Below are positions 23,109 through 34,973 of a stretch of 42,778 nt of DNA, one piece after another. The stretch comes from Octopus bimaculoides (lineage: Eukaryota): assembly GCF_001194135.2 (NCBI RefSeq), contig NC_068983.1, forward strand, positions 84,749,120-84,791,897, given 5' to 3'. The notes under the pieces were generated by a model that saw nothing but the letters and a program-made list of their open reading frames with translations, was not told where the DNA came from and ran no database searches. Made by a program: the position numbers and the translations under genes. The stretch's first letter is position 1; every line of letters starts with the position of its first letter.

Positions 23109-23789
23109 NNNNNNNNNNNNNNNNNNNNNNNNNNNNNNNNNNNNNNNNNNNNNNNNNNNNNNNNNNNNNNNNNNNNNNNNNNNNNNNNNNNNNNNNNNNN
23201 NNNNNNNNNNNNNNNNNNNNNNNNNNNNNNNNNNNNNNNNNNNNNNNNNNNNNNNNNNNNNNNNNNNNNNNNNNNNNNNNNNNNNNNNNNNNNNNNNNNN
23301 NNNNNNNNNNNNNNNNNNNNNNNNNNNNNNNNNNNNNNNNNNNNNNNNNNNNNNNNNNNNNNNNNNNNNNNNNNNNNNNNNNNNNNNNNNNNNNNNNNNN
23401 NNNNNNNNNNNNNNNNNNNNNNNNNNNNNNNNNNNNNNNNNNNNNNNNNNNNNNNNNNNNNNNNNNNNNNNNNNNNNNNNNNNNNNNNNNNNNNNNNNNN
23501 NNNNNNNNNNNNNNNNNNNNNNNNNNNNNNNNNNNNNNNNNNNNNNNNNNNNNNNNNNNNNNNNNNNNNNNNNNNNNNNNNNNNNNNNNNNNNNNNNNNN
23601 NNNNNNNNNNNNNNNNNNNNNNNNNNNNNNNNNNNNNNNNNNNNNNNNNNNNNNNNNNNNNNNNNNNNNNNNNNNNNNNNNNNNNNNNNNNNNNNNNNNN
23701 NNNNNNNNNNNNNNNNNNNNNNNNNNNNNNNNNNNNNNNNNNNNNNNNNNNNNNNNNNNNNNNNNNNNNNNNNNNNNNNNNNNNNNNNA

Positions 23790-26260
23790 AATAATGCCTA
23801 CACGACACACACGTACACACACGTGCACAAATGGAAAATAAAAGAAAAAAACACGTGTCATGAGCGACGCCCTAACAAAAGCAAAGCGACTTCCCACAAA
23901 TGAATATAAAACGGAGCAAATTAGTCACTAAGTTTAAAACATAACCAAGCAGTTGTGCCGGGAAACATAGCTACAAAAAAAAAAAATAGAGGTGATTTTC
24001 GATCTATCAGCCTACGAAGAACAAGGAAGCGGTGTCAGGTCAAAAAGTCGACTCTGAACAAACAGACCCGTCTCCTATTGTCACTGTCAATGCCTTAATG
24101 ACAAGCCAAAACTCATGCCACATCGGTCATCAACCGGGACAACAAGTACCGCGTTACTCAGTGGGGAACCAGACTGGGGTCGAAAAGTCTGCTACTGGAA
24201 CAGACTCTCTAAAAAACGATCTACTAGGTAACCTGATCCAGGATAACCCTAACCCCAGACCTGTAGTGACTCCACCAAAAACATCACCTAAAGCAAAACG
24301 CATAAAATGGACTAGAAAGGATAACAGAGATGTGTTGAAAGCTTTCTATGCAGTTCAGCTAAACCGAAACAATAACCTCATAGTACAAACTTAACATTTC
24401 TTGGAGAGACTTAGTAGGCAACGAAGTACGCAAATATATAGACTCAAATAACCTAAGTAATGTACGTAGAAACATCATTAAGAATAAAATGTTAACTGAC
24501 GCTGAAATTAGCCAAATTAGGACACAAATATCTCATGGTAGGCCAAATGAAAACAGCAACAATGCAGATGAAACAGGTAACAGATGTACAGAACCCAGTG
24601 TACGAGCAGTACATCCCAACGAGGAAGCGGAAAAAAAGAATTGCGAAGAACAGATATACAAGAAAAGAAGAGAAAGTAGACCTACCTTTAATACTTAAAA
24701 GAATGCTAAATAGAAAGAATGATACAGTAACAGACATCGAAGCTCTTGTTGTTTTCAGTTGCTGTTGTTGGCACTCCGTCGCTGGTTCCTGTTGATCCGA
24801 TCAACGGAACATCCTGCTCGTGAAATTAACCTGCAAGTGGCTGAGCACTCCACAGACACGTGTACCCTTAACGTAGTTCTCGGGGATATTCAGCGTGACG
24901 TAGTGTGACAAGGCTGACCCTTTGAATTACAGGCACAACAGAAACAGGAAGTAAGAGTGAAAGTTGTGGTAAAAAAGTACAGCAGGGTTCACCACCACCC
25001 CCTGCCGGAGCCTCGTGGAGCTTTAGATGTTTTCGCCCAATAAACACTCACAACGCCCGGTCTTGGAATCGAAACCGTGATCCTATGACCGCGAGTTCGG
25101 TGCCCTAACCAGTGAGCCATTGCGCCTCCACTGCTTTCAGTAAGTTATAGATATATTTACAAGTGGACGTCAAATGAGCTCGTAAGACTAGGCAAGAAAA
25201 ACAAGAAAATAATGACTGTATTTAAAATACACTACCCCAAATCTGATGTACCTTAGAATACAGAGAAGTATGATGAGGCAAAGAAAAATATCCACAGTAG
25301 GATTAAAAAAATTAATAATAAACAGTAGAAAACTAATACAAATAGCCACAAAATATGAACGAAACCGAAAAGCTGTTGTCTTTAAAGAAGCCGATAAAGA
25401 AGAAAAATAACACAAATTAAAAAGTGAGTGAAAATTGGACAATTGAATTACATCCGAAAATGATGTCAAGAAGAGCCCCTACATGGCCAATATCATAAAA
25501 ACAAAGAAACAAAAAAAAAAAAAAGAGAATAATTGCAATGCTAGTTTGACTATAAGTGCAGAACTCAAAGCTGAGATTGAAAGATTTTTGATTGCAGCAA
25601 AGGATAAAAACCTTGCTAATGGAAAGCACGAAACGCATGTAATGAAGTAAAAGACATTAAGTAACAGTGAAAAATGTAAAGGTTATAAAGAACTAAACAA
25701 TTGTATTGATTCTAGCATCTCCAGTATTTACTCAGAAAGAATACAAGCATTACATAGTCGGGGTTTTCATATACTGTAAGTTATGCCAACATTAAAGTAC
25801 CAACAGGAAAGAGGTGGACTAGAAAATCGGGGTAAATGGTAAAAAGACTATAAGGTCCGAAATACCATTTCATGCAGATAAGAAAATCAAGGTTAGTGTA
25901 ATAAATAATCACCAAGAAAGAAGTCCTTTCTAATCAAAGTATTAATGTCAACAAGTAATGATGTATCTTTAAAAGAAATCGAGAAATTATCCTTATATAA
26001 AAGATTTAGAAATGGAGATAATCAGAATGCGGGAAGTGAAAACAGAAATAATGTCTTGACAATAATTAAGAAAAGTATGCAGACAAATCCATAATTTAAG
26101 CCTCAAGACTGAAAAATACGCCCATCACACAGAACAAATAGTATTGGTCACTTCTCACATGTTACGTTGAATAAGATACAAAACCAAAGGGGAACAGAGT
26201 TACGCTCAGCAGCGTAATGAAAGCTCGCAATAAAACTATTGGGAAAATAAAATAATAATC
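23790..26260 (+). mobile_element. R4/Dong-clade element related to family B, RT apparently missing, interrupted by a SINE
   Basis: N-terminal KRIKWTRKDNRDVLKAFY..NLSNVRRNIIKNKMLTDAEI (24290-24520); post-RT LILKRMLNRKN..WTSNELVRLGKKTRK..PKSDV from ~24650; 25320-25400 homologous to ~22245-22320; decayed RLE to ~26200; ends AATAATAAT. Confidence 0.75.
24760..25131 (-). mobile_element. tRNA-derived SINE family 3 (tail variant B) with target-site duplication
   Basis: Flanked by TGTTTTCAGT (24750-24759) and TGCTTTCAGT (25132-25141), 9/10 identical; head shared with 17332-17582; tail shared with 32590-32720. Confidence 0.88.
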
Positions 26261-26269
26261 GAATATAGA

Positions 26270-26460
26270 CACGAGGCTAGGCATTTTAGAATTAGGGAAC
26301 AGTGGATAAAATAGATCTCACCACATGTCTGGTGCTTTATTTCACTGATTTCGATAAGATGAAAAGCAGATGATATTGGCAGGATTTGAACTGTCAATAG
26401 AAACATATATAAATAAAAGCCATAAGGTACTTCCTCGCTGCTTTGCTAATTCTTCCGTTC
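26270..26460 (-). mobile_element. SINE family 1, degenerate
   Basis: CAAGGCTAG-like start, GTGCTTTATTTCACTGATTTCGATAAGATGAAAAGC, GGATTTGAAC, GCTAATTCTTCC. Confidence 0.55.
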
Positions 26461-28587
26461 CACTGTCCTGACCATAACAATGTAAACAATACTAGACAAT
26501 AAATTTTTATTTGATCACTGTATCAGCTAGAAGATAGATTTTAGTAGAACAATAGTATGGAATTGCTTGCATTAGCATAAGGAAAGATGAGAAAATGTAA
26601 GAAAAAATATACATATAGATGGAGAAATTAGACATCTTCTTAGAGTGAGCTGTAACAATTAGAGTGTTACTACTTAGAGAAAGCTGTGGCAATTAGCGAT
26701 TATTTCTCAATAAAGAAGCTGATTTCAAGTTGCCTGCATCCACAACGTAGCTTGTGCATAATCAAATTTGGTGAGCTATGAAAACAAACGAAGAATTGTA
26801 TAGAGATCTCTGATTTGAAGCACGTTCAGGAAATAATTTAATATCATTAATGTATGAAGTTTAGAATGAGCTGTGGTATTCCACTAACTTTCGCCATGAA
26901 TTACATCTCCGATAGAAAGAATGATTTGAGGAAAATACTAAGGGATGACTGCAGCATGAAAAATAAACAGCTAAGTGGAGGTAAACATACTTGTTATAGA
27001 GAGTTAATACATTTTTATTAAAATTACTTTAATTACGCAAATACGCTTTTATTTAAATAAATGTTTCTAGTGAAGGGCAGCAGAGAAGATAACTTGTAAT
27101 TTTAACCAATTAAAAATTAATGAAATATAGAATGTAGTGGAGGTGGAGTTTTATTTTCAGCAGTATTATTTTTAATTTCGAGTCATTTCGAACCAAGAAT
27201 CTTAACCGCACAGCTCTGCTTGTTCTCAATACAACTATGCCTACACATTAGGAGTACTGCATCTGCACTCTGTATGGCCATGCCTGCACACTAGTAGCAC
27301 AATACACTGTATATATATGAGTGGAAGAAATTAAGAGAGAAACACAGAAGAAAACAGAGATGAAAAAGGATGAAAATCTTGAGAATATTTAGTTTCTTCA
27401 GTAATGACCAGTTAGACTATTAAGCAGTATAAACATATTTCATGCATAATCGTTTGAACAACACAGCAAATGTTTAAATATTACTTTAATTCTAATGCAT
27501 TAAGATTAACTCAACGCTCAATGCTCAACATTACAAAAAAAAAAAAGCATAAGATTTTGTGACAATTGAAAAAACTAGAAATAGCAGTGTAACTTCATAA
27601 AACAAATTAATGACGCCAAATTTCCAAACAATGGTAGCAATTACGAGCGAAAAGACTTCCATAATTTACCAGAATTAATTAGCCAAATAAAAATTTACGA
27701 ACCGTCAAACATTGTCTGCTTAATTGCTTTTAACAGATGGACACATTAACAATAATTTTTCAGATATTGAAATGTGTTCTTCAAAAATCTCAACGTCATA
27801 TAAACAATGAAATAAACTCTTTACAATGTATCAACATATTCATAAATTCCAATACATAAGATGAAGCTTACGAGTATTCATATGCCGTTTTGATGATTCT
27901 CTTACAATCTAATTACCACAATACTGAGTAAACAAAAGTAAAACAAAGATAGAAAATAAAAAACAAATTAAACACAAACAGCTGCGTAAAGACGACAAAT
28001 TATAATTTAGTTCTGAGGATAATAATTTGATTTTTATTGTAATTAAAACGAATTTTATTCTAAATGATAAATTTGAAGTTTATTCTTACAAATTTAATTT
28101 TATAGGAATTGATATTCACCAATATTGTCTCACGTTTTTTTTCTAAAAAAAAAAAAAGAAAATAATCTGAAGTCTATTTTTCTTTTCATTTTCTTTTCTT
28201 TTTTGTGTAGAGGAAAAAAGTTATTAACTGCTTTCGCTAGTAAACAATCTCATAGCTAACTGCTGAATATGTTGATTTCTTACGTTCGACTCTAAATTTA
28301 CTGAAAAGGGTGAGATTGTGTGATATTCATGCCGTTATCGCTTGCGACGTATGCAAATGGAAATTACTACAACAGGGAGTGAAGCTGTGAATTTACCTAG
28401 AAATCCCATGAAGTTAGAGTTATTAATAGATACATAGGCATTAAATAGATAGATAGATAGATAGATACATATAGATAGAAAGAGGGAGTGAGAGAGAGAA
28501 AAAAAGAAAGTGTGTGTGTGTGTACGCCAACATACACAAACACACTGAAACATTTTCTTGATAACTCGGAGTTATCAAGCTTACATT

Positions 28588-28591
<4 letters not shown>

Positions 28592-28626
<35 letters not shown>
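28592..28626. repeat. Poly-A tract
   Basis: Visible in sequence. Confidence 0.95.
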
Positions 28627-28634
<8 letters not shown>

Positions 28635-30499
28635 TACAGCTACAGTGATAAACTTGTACTATTTACTGTAAAATCAATATAAGTGGATTCGGAGATACCT
28701 TGCTTCACTAGTATGATAATAGAGAATAAACATAAAAAGACACTGAACTTAAGCTGTTAGCCTTTATTGTCTTCCCTTTCACTGGTTTCATGAAGTTAAA
28801 AACCACAACAGACTAAGATTAAGAGAGATAAAAGTAAATAAAATTGATAACTTTTTCGTATGCCGTGTTTACGTATCATCTTAGAAATTAAGATTTTTTG
28901 CTCAACAAAATTAGCCAAGGAAAACAAATTTTACTTGTGCTCTAACGGAACTCAAAGAACTCTCTTTTACCTACAACCGGCCCTACACTTGCTCTTATTG
29001 TGTAACTTTGTTCATATTCCACCTTTATCACTTTTTTCTATCATCTGACCACACTCTCTTTTTGATTAACTACCGACTATTCGAGAGTCGAGCTATACTT
29101 CCTGCTTTTCATTTCTTCTATATCTTTGTTACTCACATTATCCATTCACCTTCTCCAGTCCCGTCTTTCTGTAGCTTCTTCTCATCTGTTGTTTTCAACT
29201 AAATTGCTATCAGATTAACGTGCCCCCAGAAACCTTAGTGTCTACTTCATTGCATGATACACACTTCCTCTACTCTGATTCTAATCCAATTAATACTGAC
29301 ATACACCACCACTAGCCTACAAATTCGAGTGTTTTGTTTTCCGTGTATTCTATTTCTCCACTAATGTTTCAGCTTCTCATTTTGCAACAGCCTGACATAC
29401 TTCATATCTTTATTTCTACGAAACAACAATAACAGCATGATGGCTATTTATGTGCAAATCAACGTGGGAATCTTTTTAAATTTTATCATATATTCTCTTG
29501 TCTTTACCATTTAAGTTCCTCACATAACCAAGCAACTATTCGAACTCAAACTCTCAAATAATACCTAATACGGAAATCACCATGCGATTATAGTATGACA
29601 TTTAAAACGAGCTGGAATTGTTTTCTATTGCAAAGAAACTGCTTTAATTTGAAGAAAGAAAATTCTAATAATTGCAATAAATTGAATTCCACCACGTATT
29701 TTTCATTAATTGTATTTATTAATTTATTTTTGTTGTTTTTTTAGAAACAAATTGCATATAAAATAATAAACACAAACGGACGCAAAACACAACTTTATTT
29801 TACTTGCTCAAATTAAATCATTTTAATTAATTTGTTTCCTGTAAAAGAAATCAAGTTTATTAAGTATGTCTATGGATTCATTTTATTCAGGTATTCTTTG
29901 GATATTTTTCATTTAAAAGCGCAAAGATGTGTTGCTAAAAATTGAAGTAAACTGTAAACCTCAGAAATTTACTCCACTTCTCAAAATAAATATCATAGAT
30001 ATCCGCCTACATTTAATAATGGTTTCGAATTTTGGCACAAGGCCAGACGCCTACCATTAACGATAAATAGAATTATGCTGCAAATTGAAATTTTGCTACG
30101 TTTCACGATCAGTCAGTATAAAAAAAAAAAATATTATCTCAGAGAAGCATATGTAAATGACTCCCGATTTCCAGTGTGATTCGCAGAAACGTAGAACCTG
30201 CATTCACACATCCTTCTCTTTGCTCAGGTACTTATTCATAAATTACTTGACCTTCCTGTTTTCATTTACATTATGCCTATGAACATATGAAATGGGTTGA
30301 GCTAGCTCGAGGGATGATATGGCAACAATAAATTTATGTAGCTCGTTGCTTCGCATTCATAGATTCGCATCAACATTGATTGAATCTATATCTAATGACT
30401 GGTTTAGCTAATCAATTACATTCGATATAATATGATAATTATTTCTTACATTGTAACAGAGACAGAAATTTAGAGGAAGAAGTTAGTTTGTAGATTTAA

Positions 30500-31700
30500 T
30501 CAACCGTAGTAATTGAAGAGTATTATATTTTATTAACCACAGAAGGCTAAGATAACGTTTAACTTAGCGAGATTTGAACTCATTATGTAAAGAGCCGAGC
30601 AAACATTTCCTGGAATTTTGTTTTTCCGACGCTCAAATAATTCAGCCAGCTCGCCGCAGTTGATTCTTGTTTCTGATTTAGACGAAAGGCCTGCTATCTT
30701 AAGGAGCCGCGTTAATCGATACTGTCCGCTTTGACCAGTGTTTTATTTCATTGACCTCGAAAGGATGAAAGACAAAAATAAATAATCTGAGAGGAATTTG
30801 AACTTGGAATGTAAAGAACACGAGCAAATACCACAAGGGAGCAGTTTTTATGGGAGGAGGCAAGTCGATTACGTCGACCCAGTGCGTGTTTTATCGACTC
30901 CTAAAGGATAAAAGATATAATCGACATCAGCACCATTTGAACTCAGAACACAAAGAATCGAAAGAAATGCTGCTATGCATTTTGCTCGACACGTTAACGA
31001 TTCTGCCAGCCGGTCGCCTTCTGGTTTAGACACAAGGCCAGCAGTTTTGAGTAGAGGGGAAATAGTCGATACCAACGATTTTAGTATTTGGCTGGTATTT
31101 TTGTTTTATCGACTTCAAAAAAATGAAAGGCGAAGCTAACCTTGGTCAAATAAAAAATTATTGCTTCTAATATGGGCAAAAGACCTGCAATTTGTGAAAG
31201 GAGGGGATTATTCGATGCTTGACTGTTACTTTATCTTATAGACTCCAAAAAGATGAAAAGTTAAGTTGGCTTCGGTGGTGTTTGAACTCAGAATATAAAG
31301 GGCAGGAAGGGAATACTGCAACAGCAGCAGCAACAACAACGATTTGATGATGACGATAATGCTGATTATAATGACAACGACGACGATGATGATGATGACG
31401 ATAACGATGATGATGATGATGATGTTGATGATGATAATGATGATGATGATGATGATGAAGTTCATGATAATGATAATTGTTTCAAATTTTGGTACAAGGT
31501 AAATTTAGTGGGAAGGGGCTTATCCGAATACATGGACTCCAGTGCTGGACTGGTACTTATCTAATCACCATCCTCCACCCAAAAGATTAAAGACAAAGAC
31601 GACCACGGCAGAATTTGAACTCAGAACGTATAGAGCTGGAGAGCTGGAAGAGATACTGCTACGCATTTTTTCTGACGCGCTAATGATCCTGCCAGCTCGT
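30500..31700 (-). mobile_element. Stack of about five co-oriented SINE family 1 copies with an (ATG)n array
   Basis: Repeated GATGAAA/ATTTGAACTCAG/GCCAGCTCG motifs at about 30500-30660, 30715-31020, 31020-31145, 31175-31325 and 31480-31700. Confidence 0.75.
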
Positions 31701-32589
31701 CACTCTAATGATGATGATGATGATGTGTCTTTACTGTTTTTGTTACTTCTCCTTTTATGTTATAGGCTGTAATAATCTGAATGTTCATCTCTTATTTTTT
31801 CATCGCACCGATATCCTGACAACCCGGGAGACGCCAGTGAGAAGCCGGGAGAAGCTCCATTTTGGATATAAAAAACTATGAAGGGAATTCATCAAGGGAA
31901 TTACAATGCCGATATGATGGTTTTCAATGAGATCTGCGCAATACATGCTATAATACATTATACAGGAGTGATTAAGTCATCAGTAGCTATGTATAGCTAA
32001 GTTCATTTTCAATATCTCCAGTTTACTTACGCATTCTATCTGAGATTAAGTTAAATAAATTTTATTTATCTTGCTGCTCAAAACAGCAGACCTATTGCTC
32101 TTTTAAGTTATATGCTGTGTGCAGTATCATCGAAAACAATTCTGTTGAAATCAACAAAACCTACTATTAAGCATTGCGTCTAGAGACTATACCCCAACTC
32201 AAGCGAGCAATATGTAGTTGCTCTATCTGTAAGATATCTTGCCGTCTTAAGTAAAAGGAAAAATATGTTGAATAACAAATATTGCCTTGGTTACAAACAC
32301 ACACTATGCCTGAAGAAAAGCTGAGTCATGTCTTAGAATATTTTTAGCCAAAATATTGTTTTACCAAAAATGATTGATCTTTTGTGAATAACCACTTTCT
32401 TCTGTGTCGACTCCATTTTAACTTAAGTAGAACCAACGCTTTCCCTCAATGTGGCCTCATTTCAGCTTCCTTTCCTCTCTAACTTCGACAAGCCACATAC
32501 TATTTTCAATCTCATAGTTCTTAGATATCAACTTTCTTTCAGTTTTCAACATGAAAATTTAGCACAACTTGACTTGTACATAATAATGG

Positions 32590-32900
32590 ATTTCTGTCGG
32601 TTTCGACGGTGATTATTCAGTTGTTCTATCAACTGAAATTACCTACTTGTTGAACTAGCATGTGACTGGTCATTCCACGGACACGTGCACCCTTAACGTA
32701 ATTCTCTGGGGGAACTGCGTGAAACAATACAGGTGCAATCAATCCGATTGACTTTCATACAATTTCTGCCTATCCAATTTCACTCCCAAGGTATGCATCA
32801 ACCCAACTTTATGGTAAAAGACATTGTTTAAGATGCTACACAGTGGTATCAAACTTGGATATCCGGATGGCAAATTAAACTTCTTAAACATTCGTTCATA
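32590..32900 (-). mobile_element. SINE family 3 tail fragment plus a degenerate family 2 fragment
   Basis: GACACGTGCACCCTTAACGTAATTCTC matches ~24855-24885; GGTAAAAGACATTGTTTAAGATGCTACACAGTGG resembles ~40135-40170. Confidence 0.6.
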
Positions 32901-33330
32901 CTGCATCCACTAATTCTCTTGCATTTATACACATCTGTTGCATATTTTGCAATGCGTTCCAATCAATCTAATAATTAACATCAAATTATTAGGTTACTCA
33001 TTTTCAGAAAACAAAGTCATCGCATTATAAAGGCGAAATAAAGGAGTAAACCAGTAGGTAATGAATTCAGATTGTTTGTTAACACTTCGTTGTTGAAGCT
33101 ATTTATCGAATAAATCTCTAAATTTTATTTGTGATACACTAGATTTCTACCCAGGAGATGTCTATAATCTTATCTACATCATGTCATGAAAACAAAAGCT
33201 AATTACCGACTGTCACGAATATCAATATGGTTGCACGGTTTACTAGAATTAGTCGCTGAATCTACCTTAGAGTCATACTCTACATTCTTATGAAAGAGGA
33301 CACATTAAATAGACTGATTCAAGTGTACAT

Positions 33331-33604
33331 AACTCAGAACGAAAATGTCTAGAATCAATGTCGCAAGGTACTTTCTCTAAAACTTTCACTCTCATCCTAA
33401 CAAACCATCGCCCTTCTAACGTGTATAATATGTATAATGAATAAACACATCGTTTAATCCCCAGAAAGAGTTTGTCATTATTTAACTTCAAGTTAACTCT
33501 GATCGAACAAAACTATAATCAGAGGCATTCAAACTATGTCCGCTTCTTTTTTTTTTATGGAAAGTACCTTGTGACATTGATTCTAGACATTTTCGTTCTG
33601 AGTT
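33331..33604. repeat. Inverted repeat, 45-bp arms (33331-33375 and 33560-33604), 44/45 complementary, 184-bp spacer
   Basis: Reverse complement of the left arm differs from the right arm at one C/T position. Confidence 0.95.
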
Positions 33605-33700
33605 GAAATCCTGCTGAGATCAACTTTGTCTTTCGTCTCTTCATGCTCGATAAAATAAACTAAAAGTGAAGTACAAGGGTTAATTTAATTGACCGAACCT
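33560..33700 (+). mobile_element. SINE family 1, degenerate, lacking the 5' end
   Basis: CGTTCTGAGTTGAAATCCTGCTGAGATCAACTTTGTCTTTCGTC..CGATAAAATAA. Confidence 0.65.
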
Positions 33701-34001
33701 AACCCAAAATTTCTGATCTTATGCATAAGTAGAAAATAATTATTCACAGTTTATATATATTAATAGCATATTTTATGCGAACGATTACATTTACAGCGTA
33801 GAATTGAAAGAATTGGTTCGAAGTTTGAGAACTAAAATAGACTTCGTTTCCGAGAAGTTACGTACTCATTATGAAACTCTGTTAAGAAATAAGCTTTTAT
33901 AGCAAAAGAATTTACAAAACTCCAAATATCGTAACATTGATTCATACTTAAATAAATTCCTACCTCATAGGTAAGCCAACTTAATCTATAATGTACTATA
34001 G

Positions 34002-34002
<1 letters not shown>

Positions 34003-34085
<83 letters not shown>
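34003..34085. repeat. (CA)n(TA)n microsatellite
   Basis: Visible in sequence. Confidence 0.97.
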
Positions 34086-34092
34086 AATTTAT

Positions 34093-34712
34093 TAGCCAAC
34101 ACTGATTATATTATGACGACTATAAACAATTCGTCTATATATGTTCATCGACAGACAAAGAGGGAATATTTGTACGTGCGTTTTGACTCTCGTTGGAATC
34201 TTTGTCAGCAACTGAGTACCCATTTTAACTATCCATGAACATGCTGTTTATAGACCTACTAATATTATTGACTAAAATAAAGTGGATAGACCAACTTGCA
34301 CATTTAACACCTTTCTTGGTAGCTGGATGGTTTCAAATTTTGGCACAAGTCGATTATATCGACCCCAGTGCTTAAATGGTACTTATTTTATCGATCCTGA
34401 AAAGATGAAAGGAAGAGTCGGCGGTGAAATTTGAACACAGAACATAAAAATGGACGAAATACCGCTATGCATTTTGACGGGAGTGTTAACAATTCTCCCA
34501 GCTCGCCGCATTAAGGGTTGAACATAATATTATTGATGTGTTAATCAGTATTTCGTTTCATTGCTCTATTATATACTATAAAACATATCTTTAGGTTTTT
34601 AGCCGACACTGTATCTTACGGTGATTGTAGGCAATTTGTCTATATAAACAGACACGGACAGGAAAAGAAGGGACAGTTGTACGTACGTTCGACTTTTATT
34701 GGAATCTTCGTG
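34093..34712. repeat. Diverged direct repeats (~115 bp at 34093-34205 and 34600-34712)
   Basis: TAGCC(A/G)ACACTG, CAATT(C/T)GTCTATATA, GACAG, TTGTACGT(G/A)CGTT and TTGGAATCTT recur collinearly at ~507-bp offset. Confidence 0.7.
34328..34512 (-). mobile_element. SINE family 1
   Basis: GGTTTCAAATTTTGGCACAAG..GGTACTTATTTTATCGATCCTGAAAAGATGAAAGG..CCAGCTCGCCGC. Confidence 0.85.
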
Positions 34713-34942
34713 AAATCTTATCCTGTTGTCGACTCTCTTCCTCTTTTACTATCACTACATTTTCTCGGAAATTATTAGCTTAATGACATAAATAAACTTC
34801 CTTCTGACAAATCTTCAGTCTTCTTTGTCTCACACTTGTAAAGTGACCAAACTAAAAATAAAAAAAATAAAAATTAACCGAGCAGCAGAACTACATGCAC
34901 ATTGCTAACTTATAAATATCGTCACGATAAAACTCGATAACA

Positions 34943-34973
<31 letters not shown>

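Noticed and set aside
28960-29400. Pyrimidine-rich stretch resembling a very old minus-strand LINE
   Set aside because: No diagnostic motif could be recovered by manual translation.
33008-33057. Exon-like unit TTTTCAG| ... TAG|GTAATG
   Set aside because: Stops in all three frames; could be a UTR or lncRNA exon but unsupported without transcripts.
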